NCBI GenBank assembly: GCA_045124055.1
Contig: JBGVKZ010000009.1
Span: forward strand, 5,049 to 69,048
DNA: 64,000 nucleotides
Source: Lachnospiraceae bacterium
GTDB taxonomy: Bacteria > Bacillota > Clostridia > Lachnospirales > Lachnospiraceae
Reading direction: 5' to 3'
Made by a program: the position numbers and the translations under genes. This document shows positions 46,293 to 54,258 of the stretch, piece by piece (position 1 is the stretch's first letter; every line of letters begins with the position of its first letter). The notes under the pieces were generated by a model. That model ran no database searches, was not told the origin of the DNA, and saw only the letters and a list, made by a program, of their open reading frames with translations.

Positions 46293-47551
46293 GCACCATA
46301 AAATTGTTTGACCATCTTGTATAAATAAAGGGTATCTTCACTACCGGCTGTTTCCACGCTGCAATGCATAGCCAGTTGTGGCAAACCAATGTCCGCGGCG
46401 TCCACAGAAATGTGAGCTGTGGATATATTACCAAGAGTTGCTCCTCCTGGTTCATCAGAACGATTTACAAAGGTCTGATATGGCACTTTTGCTTCTTCAC
46501 ACAGACTTTTTATTTTCGCTGCCGAGATACCGTCTGTGGTGTACTTTTGATTGGCATTATATTTTAAAACAATACCACCATTTAAAACCGGTCGATTGGT
46601 TGGGTCCGCTTTTTCCGGATGATTTGGGTGTACCGCATGACCATTGTCCGCTGAAATCAGAAAACTCTCTGCAAGTCTTTGTTTATATGCCCCTTTTCCA
46701 AGATAAAAGCATTCCGCAATTCTTTCCATTGTATCTTCTAAAAATGTAGAATCTGCCCCTTGCTTTGTACTGCTACCCACTTCTTCATTGTCAAAAATGG
46801 CACAAATATTCACATATTCCTTTGGAACTTCATCTGCCATAGCCATCGTCAGTGCAAAAACACACTGTAAATCGTCCAGTCTTGGTGAGCAAATAAATTC
46901 TTTGTGTAACCCCACATAAGCCGGTTTCTGTCTGGCATACACAAACAGGTCATGTCCTAAAATATCTTCTTTTTCTATATCATTTTTCTTAGCCAGATAG
47001 GACAGAAGTCCCTTTTCCCCTTGCTTTCCCGCTGTTAAAGGTAACAAATCTACTTGCGGATTATAAGCATATCCTTTGTTGATTTCTCTGTTCAAATGAA
47101 TTGCCATATTGGGAATAATCATACTGTCGTAATCTACATTTACCAGTTTTACACCTTTTTTTGTAACAATTCTTCCGGCAACTGAAAGAGGTCTGTCAAA
47201 CCACGAAGAATATACCAATCCTCCATATGTTTCTACATTCAGTTTGGTGTAGGCTTTTTCCACCTCAATTTCCGGAGCTTCTTTTACTTTAAGACAGGGA
47301 GAATCACTGTGAGCTGCCGCCATATGAAACCCTTTAAACTCTCCCTCCGGTATGGAAAAAGCAATAATAGACGAACCATTCCGACTAACATAATACTTGC
47401 CCTGTGGTTCTAACTTCCACTCCTTTTTTTCCTCTAATTCCATAAAGCCCTGCTCTGTTAAAATTTCTTTGCAGCTTAAAATGGCGTGATATGGGCTTGG
47501 AGAATTTTCTATAAAAGTAAACAATTTCTCATTGATTTTTTCTTTTTTCAT
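46289..47551 (-). CDS. M18-family aminopeptidase
   Basis: SPSPYHA and HMAAAHSDSPCLKVK motifs, plus the C-terminal metal-binding region (NEEVGS, HAVHPN). Confidence 0.88.
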   Translation of the reverse strand: MKKEKINEKLFTFIENSPSPYHAILSCKEILTEQGFMELEEKKEWKLEPQGKYYVSRNGSSIIAFSIPEGEFKGFHMAAAHSDSPCLKVKEAPEIEVEKAYTKLNVETYGGLVYSSWFDRPLSVAGRIVTKKGVKLVNVDYDSMIIPNMAIHLNREINKGYAYNPQVDLLPLTAGKQGEKGLLSYLAKKNDIEKEDILGHDLFVYARQKPAYVGLHKEFICSPRLDDLQCVFALTMAMADEVPKEYVNICAIFDNEEVGSSTKQGADSTFLEDTMERIAECFYLGKGAYKQRLAESFLISADNGHAVHPNHPEKADPTNRPVLNGGIVLKYNANQKYTTDGISAAKIKSLCEEAKVPYQTFVNRSDEPGGATLGNISTAHISVDAADIGLPQLAMHCSVETAGSEDTLYLYKMVKQFYGA

Positions 47552-47667
47552 AGTCCCTCCTGAAGAAGTTTCATAATTTTTATTATCATAGCATATTTTC
47601 TATTTTACGTCTTTTATTTCTTTTGTATAATACTCATATAGCATTTTGTGCCAAGGAGCTGCCAAAT

Positions 47668-48810
47668 ATGAAACTATCCAAATCAAAATTTTGCCTTTTA
47701 ACAGTATTTGTCCTTTTATTTATTATTATGCTTATTTTTCTGATTGTAAAGAGACCTTTTGGCTCAGAAAAATCCGCTAATGATTTCTATGTGGGTGGCG
47801 ATATATCTTCTCTTATGGAAGTAGAAGAAAACGGCGGCAAATTTTATGATTATGATGGCAAAGAAAAAGATGTTCTGGAAATTTTGAAAGAAAATGGTAT
47901 GGATAGCATTCGTCTGCGTGTGTGGAATGACCCGGTAGATGAGCAGGGTGTTCCCTATAACAACGGACACAATGATTTGGATACGGCTATCTTTCTTGGG
48001 AAACGTGCCAGTGATTTAGGAATGCGTGTGTTAATTGACTTTCATTACTCAGATTATTGGGCTGACCCATCAAGTCAAGAAGTGCCAAAAGCGTGGAAAA
48101 ACCTATCTTTTGACGACAAAGAAACGGCTCTTTATAACTATACCAAATCTTCTCTAAAAAGCTTGTTAGATGCAGGCGTTAACGTAACTATGGTACAGAT
48201 AGGTAATGAAACCACTTCCGGACTTGCCGGGGAAACCAAGTGGGAGAAAATCACAGCTCTTATGTCCGCAGGTTCTAAAGCTGTCCGTGAAATTTCCTCC
48301 GAATATGATAAGGAAATTTTGGTTGCTATGCATTTTACAGAATATGAAAACTATGATTGGTATGCAAGTCAATTAGAAAAATATCAGGTAGATTATGATG
48401 TGTTTGCATCTTCCTATTATCCTTATTGGCATGGAAGTCTTGAAGAATTAGAAAAATCACTTAAAAATATTATTGATACCTATGAAAAAAAGGTTTTAAT
48501 TGTAGAATTTGCTTATCCATATAATTTTGCTAATTTAGATAACCACCCAAATGCTATTTCCTGGAATTCTTCTTGTGAATTTCCATATGAGGTAAATAAA
48601 GTAGGTCAGCAAGTTGCCATTGAAGACATATATAAAACAGCCATCTCGCTTGGAGATGACTGCCTGGGTCTGTTTTATTGGGAGCCTGCTTGGATTAATA
48701 TTCCAGGCTCTGATTATGTTGGCTCTCCCTGGGAAAATCAGGCTCTATTTGATAGTGCCGGGAATCCCCTTCCAGCCTTAAGAAGTTTTCTTTTTTCTGA
48801 AAACCATTAA
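47668..48810 (+). CDS. GH53 arabinogalactan endo-beta-1,4-galactanase, secreted or membrane-anchored
   Basis: GGDISSL, IRLRVWNDP, VQIGNETTSG (acid/base Glu) and IVEFAYP (nucleophile Glu). The ATG at 47668 has AAGGAG 9 nt upstream, followed by a signal/anchor helix. Confidence 0.88.
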   Translation: MKLSKSKFCLLTVFVLLFIIMLIFLIVKRPFGSEKSANDFYVGGDISSLMEVEENGGKFYDYDGKEKDVLEILKENGMDSIRLRVWNDPVDEQGVPYNNGHNDLDTAIFLGKRASDLGMRVLIDFHYSDYWADPSSQEVPKAWKNLSFDDKETALYNYTKSSLKSLLDAGVNVTMVQIGNETTSGLAGETKWEKITALMSAGSKAVREISSEYDKEILVAMHFTEYENYDWYASQLEKYQVDYDVFASSYYPYWHGSLEELEKSLKNIIDTYEKKVLIVEFAYPYNFANLDNHPNAISWNSSCEFPYEVNKVGQQVAIEDIYKTAISLGDDCLGLFYWEPAWINIPGSDYVGSPWENQALFDSAGNPLPALRSFLFSENH

Positions 48811-49224
48811 TTTACTGAAAACATAGTTCAGTACAGTAACAATTACCGCTGAAATAAAAGTTGCAATCCAATCCGCATATGGAACATTCCATTTCACTAA
48901 CAACGGTGGCAAAACCCCCATCGTCAACATATCCGTAAACAATGTTACGACTCTGGATAAGGTAAATGCCATAAATTCTTTCAGAATCTTTGGATTTTTA
49001 CTTAAAAATACATATTTTCTATTGGTTACATAAGCAAATAAAACGCCCGCTACCCAACGTAAAATAACCGCCACCTGCATCTGAAGGGCACTATTTTCTA
49101 CATCTAACACAAACTTAAGTAAGCCGTAAGTTCCCCAACTGACAACGGTTGTTAAAACACCCACGATTAAATACACAATTAATTCTCTGTATTTTATCAT
49201 AAGTTCCTTTATCTTTTTTATCAT
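48778..49224 (-). CDS. GtrA-family membrane protein
   Basis: 148 aa, 4 TM helices. The N-terminus (YRELIVYLIVGVLTTVVSWGTY) and NRKYVF motif are typical of GtrA. Confidence 0.85.
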   Translation of the reverse strand: MIKKIKELMIKYRELIVYLIVGVLTTVVSWGTYGLLKFVLDVENSALQMQVAVILRWVAGVLFAYVTNRKYVFLSKNPKILKEFMAFTLSRVVTLFTDMLTMGVLPPLLVKWNVPYADWIATFISAVIVTVLNYVFSKLMVFRKKKTS

Positions 49225-49372
49225 ATCCTATTACCTTTCTTTTGCATCACTTCAACATAGGCTATTATATATAGTTTTTCAAAAAATAGCAAATTTTATA
49301 TATGTATCAGACAAAATATGCTAAAATAAGCTTTGCGAGTATAAGCAGGATATATAGAAAGTAGGTAAATTT

Positions 49373-50260
49373 ATGAACGCTCAAGCAACAGATACATCAA
49401 AGGCAATCGCCAGAATGCAGCTTATTTTTGCTATGACCATATTCGGAACTATTGGTGTTTTCGTTAAATATATTCCTCTGCCTTCCAGTATGATTGCCTG
49501 TGTACGCGGTTTTGTAGGCGTTGCTTTTCTTTTATGGATGAGCCTTATCACGAAACGAAAAATTTCCTTTGCAAATATCAAGAAAAATCTTCTACTTTTA
49601 TGTATCTCCGGTGTATTTATTGGTATTAACTGGATTTTACTCTTTGAATCCTATCGTTATACCAGTGTAGCCACAGCCACTTTATGCTATTATATGGCAC
49701 CCATTTTTGTTACTCTTGCTTCTCCCTTTGTTTTAAAAGAGAAGCTCACTGTCAAAAAAGGCATCTGTATTTTCCTTGCATTAGTGGGTATGGTTTTCGT
49801 ATCCGGAGTTTTGAATGTAGATTCTTTGCAAATAAGTACTATGGGGATTTTCTGCGGCATTGGTGCGGCATTTTTCTACGCCTGCGTTATCTTATTCAAT
49901 AAGCATATGAAAGAGATTTCCTCTTACGATATGACTATGACACAATTATTGATAGCCGCTATGGTTATTTTACCTTATGTTCTTTTTACTGAGAATCTTT
50001 CTACGATAACACTAACGGTTTCTTCTATCATTTTATTATTGGTGTTAGGAATCCTTCATACCGGCCTTGCTTATATGATTTATTTTTCTTCTATTACAAA
50101 ACTAAAGGCTCAAACAGTGGCAATTTTTAGTTATATCGACCCTGTGGTTGCCATTATTTTGTCTGCACTTTTCTTAAAAGAAAAATTGGACCTATATAGC
50201 ATCATCGGAGCTATTCTCATTTTAGGTTCTACTTTCCTAAGTGAATTAAAATCCAAATAG
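49373..50260 (+). CDS. DMT-family (EamA) transporter
   Basis: 295 aa, 10 TM helices, duplicated EamA domains. Confidence 0.85.
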   Translation: MNAQATDTSKAIARMQLIFAMTIFGTIGVFVKYIPLPSSMIACVRGFVGVAFLLWMSLITKRKISFANIKKNLLLLCISGVFIGINWILLFESYRYTSVATATLCYYMAPIFVTLASPFVLKEKLTVKKGICIFLALVGMVFVSGVLNVDSLQISTMGIFCGIGAAFFYACVILFNKHMKEISSYDMTMTQLLIAAMVILPYVLFTENLSTITLTVSSIILLLVLGILHTGLAYMIYFSSITKLKAQTVAIFSYIDPVVAIILSALFLKEKLDLYSIIGAILILGSTFLSELKSK

Positions 50261-50491
50261 GGATTTGTATGGCTCTTTTTTTATTTCCACAACCTTATAA
50301 CCGGTTTCTTCCTCAATCACTTTTTTAACTTTTTCTGTATCAATATCTTCTTTTATAAGCATCACTGTCTCTTTATCTATATGAGAAGATTTTACTTTCT
50401 TTGGGGAAAAAGCACTGTGGATGGCTTCGTTTACATGTCTTTCACAATTTCCACACATCATACCTTCGATTTTTACTGTTATTTTAAACAT
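50246..50491 (-). CDS. heavy-metal-associated (HMA/CopZ-like) domain protein
   Basis: GMMCGNCERHV metal-binding motif; 81 aa. Confidence 0.8.
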   Translation of the reverse strand: MFKITVKIEGMMCGNCERHVNEAIHSAFSPKKVKSSHIDKETVMLIKEDIDTEKVKKVIEEETGYKVVEIKKEPYKSLFGF

Positions 50492-50540
50492 AAAGTTCTC
50501 CTTCTTTCTCTGCTTTAATTAGTCAATACTAACCAAACAA

Positions 50541-50569
50541 ATTATATGCTTTACCCAAGAAAATGTCAA
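50541..50569 (-). promoter_or_regulatory. consensus sigma-A promoter upstream of the HMA gene
   Basis: The minus strand reads TTGACA (50564-50569), a 17-nt spacer, then TATAAT (50541-50546). It lies about 50 nt upstream of the ATG. A TTAGT-N4-ACTAA dyad sits between the -10 and the RBS. Confidence 0.55.
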
Positions 50570-51038
50570 TGATTGGTAATTTATGTGATGAACTTAGAGG
50601 AAATCCTACCGCAAAGGAACTCCTCTAAGCCCTTCACAACTAATACATATGTTGTCTCTCACAATGGATAGAAAAAAAATGCAAAGCTACGAAATCGAAT
50701 GGTAAATTTATAGATAATCAAGATTTGTCCTGGATAACTTTTGTCTGAACAGACTGCAATGTGTAAAAAGATATGTTTTACCTATTTTAATTCTGATTCG
50801 CAATTTCCCCCTACTTTGTTTTGCTTTTACAATATCACAATATAAAATAATAAAATTTCAATGGGATATCTAGGCAGATAAGCCTGATGTATATAAATAC
50901 ATTTGATATGTATCAGTGGTTTTATCATACTGAAATCACCATTTTTTGTCAATAAAAAAGAGGAGGTTTTCGACATTTTTCGACCTTTCTTAAGTGCGAT
51001 TTCCCTATGAGTATTTTCCTTTATACTTTCCGTGAATT

Positions 51039-51602
51039 TTATTTGGTACCTATGATACCTTTTATTACCTTTTCCGCCTGAATGGTCAGTTCATCTAAAG
51101 TCATTGGCACATGCCCTTCAAACCATTCTCTATATAAATTGCTCAATCCACCTGCACTAAAGCGTACTTTAAATGCGTACTGTTCATAATTTTCTCCTGC
51201 AAAATCCATTTCGTGTTCTAAAAGATAGTCCAGTACTACCTGAACTAACTGTTCCTCAATAAAAATGGACGCACTGGAATTCATAATTTTACGATAAAAA
51301 TCCAGGTTTTCCTCCAAAATCGTCTGAACCTGTGTTAGTAGAGCATGGGGCATATCCATAAGAGAAGATTGTGACATAGCAATGGCATCACGAATGCTGG
51401 AAAACGCTTCTTCGACCCAATGATTAATAACATCCTTAATATCCTTATAATGTGCATAAAATGTACCCCTGTTAATTTCTGCACGTTTCACTACGTCTGT
51501 AACGGTAATTTTATCCAACTGTTTTTCCAATAATAAATCCACTAAAGCCTCATTAATCAGCTTTCTGGAACGAATTGCACTTCTATACTCTGCCTTTGCC
51601 AT
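51039..51602 (-). CDS. TetR/AcrR-family transcriptional regulator
   Basis: N-terminal HTH (ITVTDVVKRAEINRGTFYAHYKDI); 187 aa. It is divergent from the MMPL gene. Confidence 0.9.
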   Translation of the reverse strand: MAKAEYRSAIRSRKLINEALVDLLLEKQLDKITVTDVVKRAEINRGTFYAHYKDIKDVINHWVEEAFSSIRDAIAMSQSSLMDMPHALLTQVQTILEENLDFYRKIMNSSASIFIEEQLVQVVLDYLLEHEMDFAGENYEQYAFKVRFSAGGLSNLYREWFEGHVPMTLDELTIQAEKVIKGIIGTK

Positions 51603-51617
51603 AACTACTCCTAAATA

Positions 51618-51646
51618 AAACTGAACAGTTTAGAGGATTCTGTTCA
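51618..51646. promoter_or_regulatory. candidate TetR operator
   Basis: Palindrome AAACTGAACAGTTT (51618-51631), plus a second CTGTTCA half-site at 51640-51646. It lies in the TetR/MMPL divergent region, immediately upstream of the TetR RBS. Confidence 0.35.
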
Positions 51647-51771
51647 AAATTAATAATCATTTAATAATTTGTCGGTTGTAATAATATTTCTTTATTATTA
51701 TAATGAAAAAACGCAAAAATCAACACGTATCTAATTTTGTAATTGTGATTCAATTTGTATAAGGAGTCTTT

Positions 51772-54258
51772 ATGTCAAATTCAACCTCTGAAAAGAAAAA
51801 ATCTAGCACAAATTTTATGGAAAAACTGGCTGCTTTTATTGTTGATAAACGTCATTTGTTTTTCCTGCTTTATTCTTTTGCACTCATTTTCTGTTTGTTC
51901 TCTATGAATTGGGTTGAAGTAGAAAATGACGTTACTACCTATTTGCCAGAAGAAACAGAAACAAGGCAAGGTATTGAGGCAATGAATGAAAATTTCACGA
52001 CCTTTGCCTCTGGCAGATTGATGGTTTCTAATATTACTTTGGAAACTGCCGAAGAAATCTGCACACTTCTTGAGGATACCGAAGGTATCGATATGGTAAC
52101 ATTTGACGATTCCGATGAACATTATTATGATGCTTCTGCTTTATATGACATCAGCTTTGAAGGTGGCACGATGGACGAAATCAGTACATCTGCCATAGAA
52201 TCTATCAAAGCGGACTTAGCCGGATATGACTATTATCTGGATACCACCGTAGGATATGATGAAAATGCTACTTTGCGACAGGAAATGACTACAATTTTAA
52301 TTGTAGCAGCAATTATCATCGTCCTGGTACTGACTTTAACTTCCCGTTCTTATGCAGAAGTTCCTGTATTAATTCTTACCTTTGGTGTGGCGGCTTTGTT
52401 AAATATGGGTACGAACTTCCTCTGCGGTAAAATCAGTTTTATTTCTGACTCTATCGCCGTAGTACTTCAATTAGCCCTTGCCATTGACTATGCCATTATT
52501 TTGTGTCACCGATTTTCTGACGAGCACGAAACCAAACCGGCAAGAGAAGCTTGTATCATTGCACTAAGCAAATCCATTCCGGAAATCAGTGCTTCTTCAA
52601 TGACTACTATTAGTGGTCTTGCAGCCCTTGGTTTTATGGAATTTGCTATTGGATTAGATATGGCGATTGTTCTGATTAAGGCGATTTTCTTAAGTCTTCT
52701 TTCTGTCTTTACTTTGATGCCTGGTCTTCTGATTTTATTTAGTCCACTAATTGATAAAACAAAACATAAAAAAATATTGCCAAATATTACTCTAATCGGA
52801 AAATTAGCGGTTAAAGCAAGACGTGTGATACCACCTCTCTTTTTAGTCCTATTAGTAGTTGCTTTTTGTCTTTCTAATCAATGTCCGTATGCATATAGCT
52901 ACAACGACTTGGAAACTGCCAAAATGAGTGAACGTCAGGAAGCTTATTTTGAAATAAAGGATACTTTCGGAGCCAACAATATGGTTGCCTTAGTCGTCCC
53001 AAGTGGCAATTATGACGCGGAAAAGGAAATTTTGTCACGGCTGGAAGAATATGATGAAGTGAAAAGTACAATGGGTCTTTCCAATGTGGAAGCTATGGAC
53101 GGATATATGCTGACAGATAGTGTGACTCCAAGACAATTATCAGAATTAGTTGGATTAGATTATGAGGTTGCACAAGTCTTATATAGTGCATACGCTTTAG
53201 AAAATAATCAATATGGGGAAATTATCAGTGGTATTGAAGATTATGGTGTTCCCCTTTTTGATATGTTTCTGTATTTAAAAGATGAAATGGAAACCAGAAA
53301 TATCACTTTCGATGGGGAAGAACAGGAAATGCTGGACGAACTTTTCGACCAGTTAGAAAAAGCTCAATTACAGTTACAAAATGAAAATTACAGCCGAATG
53401 GTTGTGTACTTAAATCTCCCGGAGGAGAGCGATGAGACTTATGCTTTTCTGGATGAAATCCGCTCAGTTATGGGCGAATACTATGAAGGGGATTATTATG
53501 TAGTCGGTAACTCCACAAGCTCCAGAGATTTGGCATCTTCCTTTGTTAATGATAACCTATTAATCAGTATTTTATCTGCTTTATTCGTTATCATTGTACT
53601 TTTATTTACGTTCCAGTCAGCAGGGCTTCCAGTTCTGTTGATAGTCGTAATTCAAGGAAGTATTTGGATAAATTTCTCCTTCCCTATTTTACTGGAACAG
53701 CCACTTTATTTCCTCGGCTATTTGATTGTGCAGGCAATACAGATGGGTGCAAACATCGACTATGCGATTGTGATTTCCAGTCATTATCAGGAATGTAAAA
53801 AATCGATGCCCCACAAGCAGGCAATTATTGAAGCGTTAAATGCTTCTTTTCCAACAGTATTTACTTCCGGAACAATTTTGGCAGCAGCCGGTTTATTGAT
53901 TGGTAACTTGTCGGCACAGCCGGTTGTTTCCATAATGGGTACTTGCCTTGGTAGAGGTACTATTATTTCTATCTTCCTTGTACTCTTGATTCTTCCTTCC
54001 ATTTTAGTACTTGGTGATTCCATCATTGAAAGAACCAGTTTCAAAATGAAAGGAATCGACCTGAATATTAAAAATACCAGCGGAACTATGCATGTTCAGG
54101 GACATTTGCGTGGTTACATTTCTGGTGTGGTAGATGCAGACTTTAACGGTATTTTACACGGACAGATGAATGTTTCTGTTTCCACGGATACCGACATTCA
54201 AAAATTGCCGGAAGAAAATGCAGAAGAAAATGTGGAAGGAGGAGATTATCATGCGTAA
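51772..54258 (+). CDS. MMPL/RND-superfamily transporter
   Basis: 828 aa. Two blocks of about 6 TM helices, each preceded by a large extracytoplasmic loop. Typical MMPL TM motifs are present (LALAIDYAIIL, QMGANIDYAIVI). Confidence 0.88.
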   Translation: MSNSTSEKKKSSTNFMEKLAAFIVDKRHLFFLLYSFALIFCLFSMNWVEVENDVTTYLPEETETRQGIEAMNENFTTFASGRLMVSNITLETAEEICTLLEDTEGIDMVTFDDSDEHYYDASALYDISFEGGTMDEISTSAIESIKADLAGYDYYLDTTVGYDENATLRQEMTTILIVAAIIIVLVLTLTSRSYAEVPVLILTFGVAALLNMGTNFLCGKISFISDSIAVVLQLALAIDYAIILCHRFSDEHETKPAREACIIALSKSIPEISASSMTTISGLAALGFMEFAIGLDMAIVLIKAIFLSLLSVFTLMPGLLILFSPLIDKTKHKKILPNITLIGKLAVKARRVIPPLFLVLLVVAFCLSNQCPYAYSYNDLETAKMSERQEAYFEIKDTFGANNMVALVVPSGNYDAEKEILSRLEEYDEVKSTMGLSNVEAMDGYMLTDSVTPRQLSELVGLDYEVAQVLYSAYALENNQYGEIISGIEDYGVPLFDMFLYLKDEMETRNITFDGEEQEMLDELFDQLEKAQLQLQNENYSRMVVYLNLPEESDETYAFLDEIRSVMGEYYEGDYYVVGNSTSSRDLASSFVNDNLLISILSALFVIIVLLFTFQSAGLPVLLIVVIQGSIWINFSFPILLEQPLYFLGYLIVQAIQMGANIDYAIVISSHYQECKKSMPHKQAIIEALNASFPTVFTSGTILAAAGLLIGNLSAQPVVSIMGTCLGRGTIISIFLVLLILPSILVLGDSIIERTSFKMKGIDLNIKNTSGTMHVQGHLRGYISGVVDADFNGILHGQMNVSVSTDTDIQKLPEENAEENVEGGDYHA

